In this document: in pieces, positions 60,314 to 64,000 of the stretch
Layout of the letters: each line of letters starts with the position of its first letter
Numbering within the stretch: position 1 is the stretch's first letter
Assembly (NCBI GenBank): GCA_963727445.1
Contig: CAVSGI010000004.1
Coordinates: 160,001-224,000 of the forward strand
Length of the DNA stretch: 64,000 nucleotides
Reading direction: 5' to 3'
Source: an uncultured delta proteobacterium
GTDB lineage: Bacteria > Myxococcota_A > Polyangia > Polyangiales > B10-G4
Position numbers and translations under genes: made by a program
Notes under the pieces: generated by a model
Database searches by the model: none
Seen by the model: the letters and a program-made list of their open reading frames with translations, nothing else
Told to the model about the DNA's origin: nothing

Positions 60314-61108
60314 GCGCGCGGAGGGACGGAGGATCCGGTTCAGATCCGCATTCGGGACGTGGAGAAGAGCTACGGCGATCACCACGTGCTCCGCGGGGTC
60401 AGCTTCGACGTCTACCGCGGCATCACCAACGTCATCATCGGGGCATCGGGCGCGGGCAAGTCGGTGCTCACCCGACAGTTGATCCGTCTCGAGCGGCCCG
60501 ACGCGGGCTCCATCGAGGTCGACGGGCAGGACATCGTACCGATGAACGAGGTGCAGCTCACCGAGGTGCGGCGAAAGTTCGGCATGGTCTTCCAGATGTC
60601 GGCGCTCTTCGACTCGATGAGCGTCTACGACAACGTCGCCTTCCCGCTCCGCGAGCACACCAAGCTGGGGCGCGCGGAGATCCGCGAGCGGGTGATGGGG
60701 CGCCTCTCGGATCTCGAGGTCGCCCACGCCGCCAAGAAGATGCCATCGGAGCTCTCGGGCGGGATGCAGAAGCGGGTGGCCGTGGCCCGCGCCCTGGTGC
60801 TCGAACCCGAGGTGCTGATCTACGACGAGCCCACCACGGGCCTCGATCCCATCACCTCGCGCACCGTCGACGAGCTGATGATCCACACCCGCGAGCAGTT
60901 CGGCGTGACGGGCATCGTGATCACCCACGACATGGCGTCGGTCTTCAAGATCGCCGACCGCATCAATTACCTCTATCAGGGACGCATCACCGCTTCCGGT
61001 ACTCCCGAAGAATTCCTGGCTTCCAGTGACCCCGCGACGCGCGACTTCCTCGAGGCCTCCGGGGTGGGAACTTCGGCGGTCTTCGAGCAGCGCCTCTCGG
61101 GCGCCTGA
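60310..61108 (+). CDS. mlaF: MlaF-family ABC transporter ATP-binding protein (start region probably frameshifted)
   Basis: GASGAGKS, FQMSALFDSM, LSGGMQKRV, IYDEPTTGLDP, ITHD. The conserved IRIRDVEKSYG begins upstream of the first in-frame start (60359), and the overlapping GTG at 60310 is out of frame. Confidence 0.88.
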
Positions 61109-61173
61109 GCCGCGACCTCGACGGTGTGATGGGCGCCACTTGTGGTGTTAGCGTCCGTCCCTAGGAGGAGCGC

Positions 61174-61875
61174 ATGCGCGTCATCAGCCCGATCGCCTCG
61201 ATTCTGATTCTGCTTTCCTTCGCCTGCGGCGGCGGTGGCTCGGCCCAGACGGAAGAGACCACCACCACCAACTCCATGGACGACCCAATCGTCGACTCCG
61301 AGACTTCCGGCACCGTTGGTGACGAGGCCGTGGGGGAGGAGCCGGAGGAGGAAAGCACGGACGCGCCCGAGGTGCCGGTGCCCAGCGGGCCGGTGGAGGT
61401 GACGGTCCACCTGAAGGTCGGCGGCGAGCAGGTTCCGGGGACGGTGGTCGTGGCGAACGAGGACGGTGAGACGGTGGCCGAAGGCGCGTCCGGCGATACC
61501 TTCACCGTGGACTCCGGCTTCTATCAGATCACCGGGTCCATCACCGACGCGTCGATCCTCGTCGACACGCCGAGCGTGAGCACGGAGCAGGAGATCCCGG
61601 CGGGGGAGCCGCGCAACGTCGACGTGGTATTTCCGCGGGCACTCGTCCGCCTGAACGTGACCCGGGGCGGCCGCGCGATACGCCACCCCGAGGTCACCCT
61701 CTTCCGCCAGGGAAGTGAGGAGCCGTCGGCCAGCTTCCGCGTGACCGACGAGCACGTGCCCATCTCACCCGGCCGTTACGAGGCTGACGTCAAGCTGCGC
61801 GGCCACGAGATCCGCGTCCGCGGCCTCACCTTCATGGACGGCGCGACGCAGAACATCCCGGTGAACATCGAGTAG
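61174..61875 (+). CDS. Lipoprotein with acidic linker and two small beta-sandwich repeats
   Basis: AGGAGG RBS, lipobox SFAC, VDSGFYQI and ISPGRYEA repeats. Confidence 0.7.
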   Translation: MRVISPIASILILLSFACGGGGSAQTEETTTTNSMDDPIVDSETSGTVGDEAVGEEPEEESTDAPEVPVPSGPVEVTVHLKVGGEQVPGTVVVANEDGETVAEGASGDTFTVDSGFYQITGSITDASILVDTPSVSTEQEIPAGEPRNVDVVFPRALVRLNVTRGGRAIRHPEVTLFRQGSEEPSASFRVTDEHVPISPGRYEADVKLRGHEIRVRGLTFMDGATQNIPVNIE

Positions 61876-61974
61876 CGGCGACGACGTCAGCTCGACTCGA
61901 CGCAGAGAGTACGTTCCGGCGCCGACGCGTCGTCCGAGGCAAAGGCGTCCCCGCCGTCGCCCAATGGCGTCGGT

Positions 61975-62856
61975 TTACTGGCGGGGGTAGTTGCGGACGA
62001 CGACTTCGCTGACCTTGCCGCGCCGAGAGGCGTTGCAGTTGACGGCGCGCGGCGCGGCGACGGTGTCGATCTCGAAACCGCGATAGAGGTCGCGGATGAA
62101 GGGTACGTCGCTGTTCGAGAGCATGAGCTTGCAGCCGCGGCGGTCGAGGACGCGGTAGACGTCGCGCAGCTTCACCTGCATGTCGGGGCCGAAGCCGTCC
62201 TGGGCGTAGCTGGTGAAGTTCGCGGTGTCGCTGACGGGGGCGTAGGGTGGGTCGAAGTAGACGAAGTCGCCGGGGCGCGCGTTCTCGAGGAGCGCCTCGA
62301 AGCTCGCGTTCTGGATCTCCACGCCGTCGAGCGCCGCGCTCGCGGCCCGCAGCGCCTCGGCGTCGAGGATCTTCGGGTTCTTGTAGCGCCCGATGGGCAC
62401 GTTGAACTCGCCGCGACGATTGACGCGGTGCAGACCGTTGAAGCAGGTCTTGTTGAGGTAGATGAAGGTCGCCGCGCGCTCGTCTTCGTCGAGCTTCGAT
62501 GCGTTGTAGCGGCGGCGAACCGCGTAATAGGTGTCCTTCTCGTGGCCCTTTGCGGCGAGGCGCTGCAGGTGGCCGATGACCGAGCCGACCTCGTCGCGGA
62601 CCATTTGATAGACGTTGATCAGCGCGGGGTTCACGTCGCTCACCAGGGCGCGCCTGGGCTGGCGGCGGAAGAACAGAGCGCCGCCCCCGAAGAAGGGCTC
62701 GACGTGGCGCATCATCTCCACCCCCGCGGGCAGGAGAGGCTCGAGCTGGCTCAGGATCCGGCCCTTGCCGCCAACCCACTTCAGGATGGGTGCAGGCGCC
62801 CTTTGGGGCGCCTTTTGCAGAGGAATTCGGGCGAGAACAGCAGCGGATGTGGCCAT
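61975..62856 (-). CDS. DNA adenine methyltransferase (Dam/D12 family)
   Basis: LKWVGGK, EPFFGGG, SDVN, FIYLNKTCFNGL.RVN..G.FNVP.G, YFDPPY, MLSNS. Confidence 0.93.
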   Translation of the reverse strand: MATSAAVLARIPLQKAPQRAPAPILKWVGGKGRILSQLEPLLPAGVEMMRHVEPFFGGGALFFRRQPRRALVSDVNPALINVYQMVRDEVGSVIGHLQRLAAKGHEKDTYYAVRRRYNASKLDEDERAATFIYLNKTCFNGLHRVNRRGEFNVPIGRYKNPKILDAEALRAASAALDGVEIQNASFEALLENARPGDFVYFDPPYAPVSDTANFTSYAQDGFGPDMQVKLRDVYRVLDRRGCKLMLSNSDVPFIRDLYRGFEIDTVAAPRAVNCNASRRGKVSEVVVRNYPRQ

Positions 62857-62857
62857 A

Positions 62858-62876
62858 TGTCGGACACTATCCGACA
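62858..62876. promoter_or_regulatory. Perfect 7-bp inverted repeat, candidate operator
   Basis: TGTCGGA-CACTA-TCCGACA between the divergent methylase and zinc-ribbon genes. Confidence 0.45.
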
Positions 62877-62927
62877 CTGTCCTACATCCGAAAAAAGCGA
62901 CAGATCGGGGGTATTCTGGGGGACGTC

Positions 62928-63485
62928 ATGATCCCAGCGCCCACCGGTCCCTGTCCCCGTTGTCACGTCGCCCTGCGTCCAGCCGAGGTTCACGGCATCG
63001 GCCTGCACGGATGCATGCAATGCGGGGGGTTGTGGCTCGACTTCGCGGCGACCGGGAAGGTCCTGTCGTCGATGGACGGCGGTGCGCTCGAGCTGGCCGA
63101 CCAGGCTGCGCGCGCTGCCCAGACAGCGGTCGACACCTCCCAAACGGGGCTCGCCTGTCCGGTCTGCTTTCAGCCCTTGTCGCGCCTGCACGTCGGCGGG
63201 ACGACGGTCGAGGTCGATCGCTGCAACGAGCACGGCACCTGGTTCGATCGCAACGAGCTGCGCCAGGCGGCCGAACAGGTCGCGAGCCGGCGCGGCGCGG
63301 CGGCGCCTCGGGGCGCGGTGGCCGCCGCCGCCAACGGCGAGTACTCGCTCAGCAACGATCCGCGCTTCGCCGATTGCTTCGACGACGACGACGGAGATTA
63401 CGATGACGATTCGGTCGGCGAGAGCGTGGCCCTCGCCGGCGCCTTCGTTCTCTTCGACGTGCTGCTCAGCTTCCTCGACAGTTGA
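62928..63485 (+). CDS. zf-TFIIB-like double zinc-ribbon protein
   Basis: CPRC...CMQCGGLWLD and CPVC...DRCNEHGTWFDRNEL. Confidence 0.82.
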   Translation: MIPAPTGPCPRCHVALRPAEVHGIGLHGCMQCGGLWLDFAATGKVLSSMDGGALELADQAARAAQTAVDTSQTGLACPVCFQPLSRLHVGGTTVEVDRCNEHGTWFDRNELRQAAEQVASRRGAAAPRGAVAAAANGEYSLSNDPRFADCFDDDDGDYDDDSVGESVALAGAFVLFDVLLSFLDS

Positions 63486-63500
63486 GGCGCCGAGCGCCTG

Positions 63501-64000
<500 letters not shown>

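Noticed and set aside
61975..62856. Restriction-modification or prophage locus
   Set aside because: No nuclease, specificity subunit, integrase or phage genes nearby.

Overview
High-GC, gene-dense bacterial DNA whose gene content (several eukaryotic-type Ser/Thr kinases, many Cys-rich lipoproteins, a TonB-domain-fused outer-membrane receptor, sigma-54 promoters) points to a myxobacterium (Myxococcota, probably Polyangia-like; inference). In order, it carries: (1) a truncated kinase-SRPBCC-DUF5939-cyclase fusion; (2) a rubrerythrin / Fe-S oxidoreductase / DUF3501 / DUF962 operon; (3) a truncated globin; (4) a metal-uptake operon of His-rich leader ORF, TonB-dependent receptor, lipoproteins, ExbB/ExbD/TonB and a Fur-family regulator; (5) a five-gene SrfB / GrpE-like / SrfA-like / SrfC / Sel1 operon, the most unusual system here; (6) glgP, purQ/purL, a signal-peptidase homologue lacking its catalytic residues, feoAB, several lipoproteins, an S8 protease and alr; (7) an ~8 kb sigma-54/two-component cluster between alr and mlaE, with duplicated degenerate kinases and its own candidate promoters and enhancers; (8) mlaEF, a solitary Dam-family methylase and a partial aminotransferase. 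Four apparent small-indel frameshifts (Fe-S oxidoreductase, srfB, purL, mlaF start) suggest assembly indel errors. I saw no rRNA, tRNA, CRISPR array or transposase. All family calls are by motif recognition, not database search.
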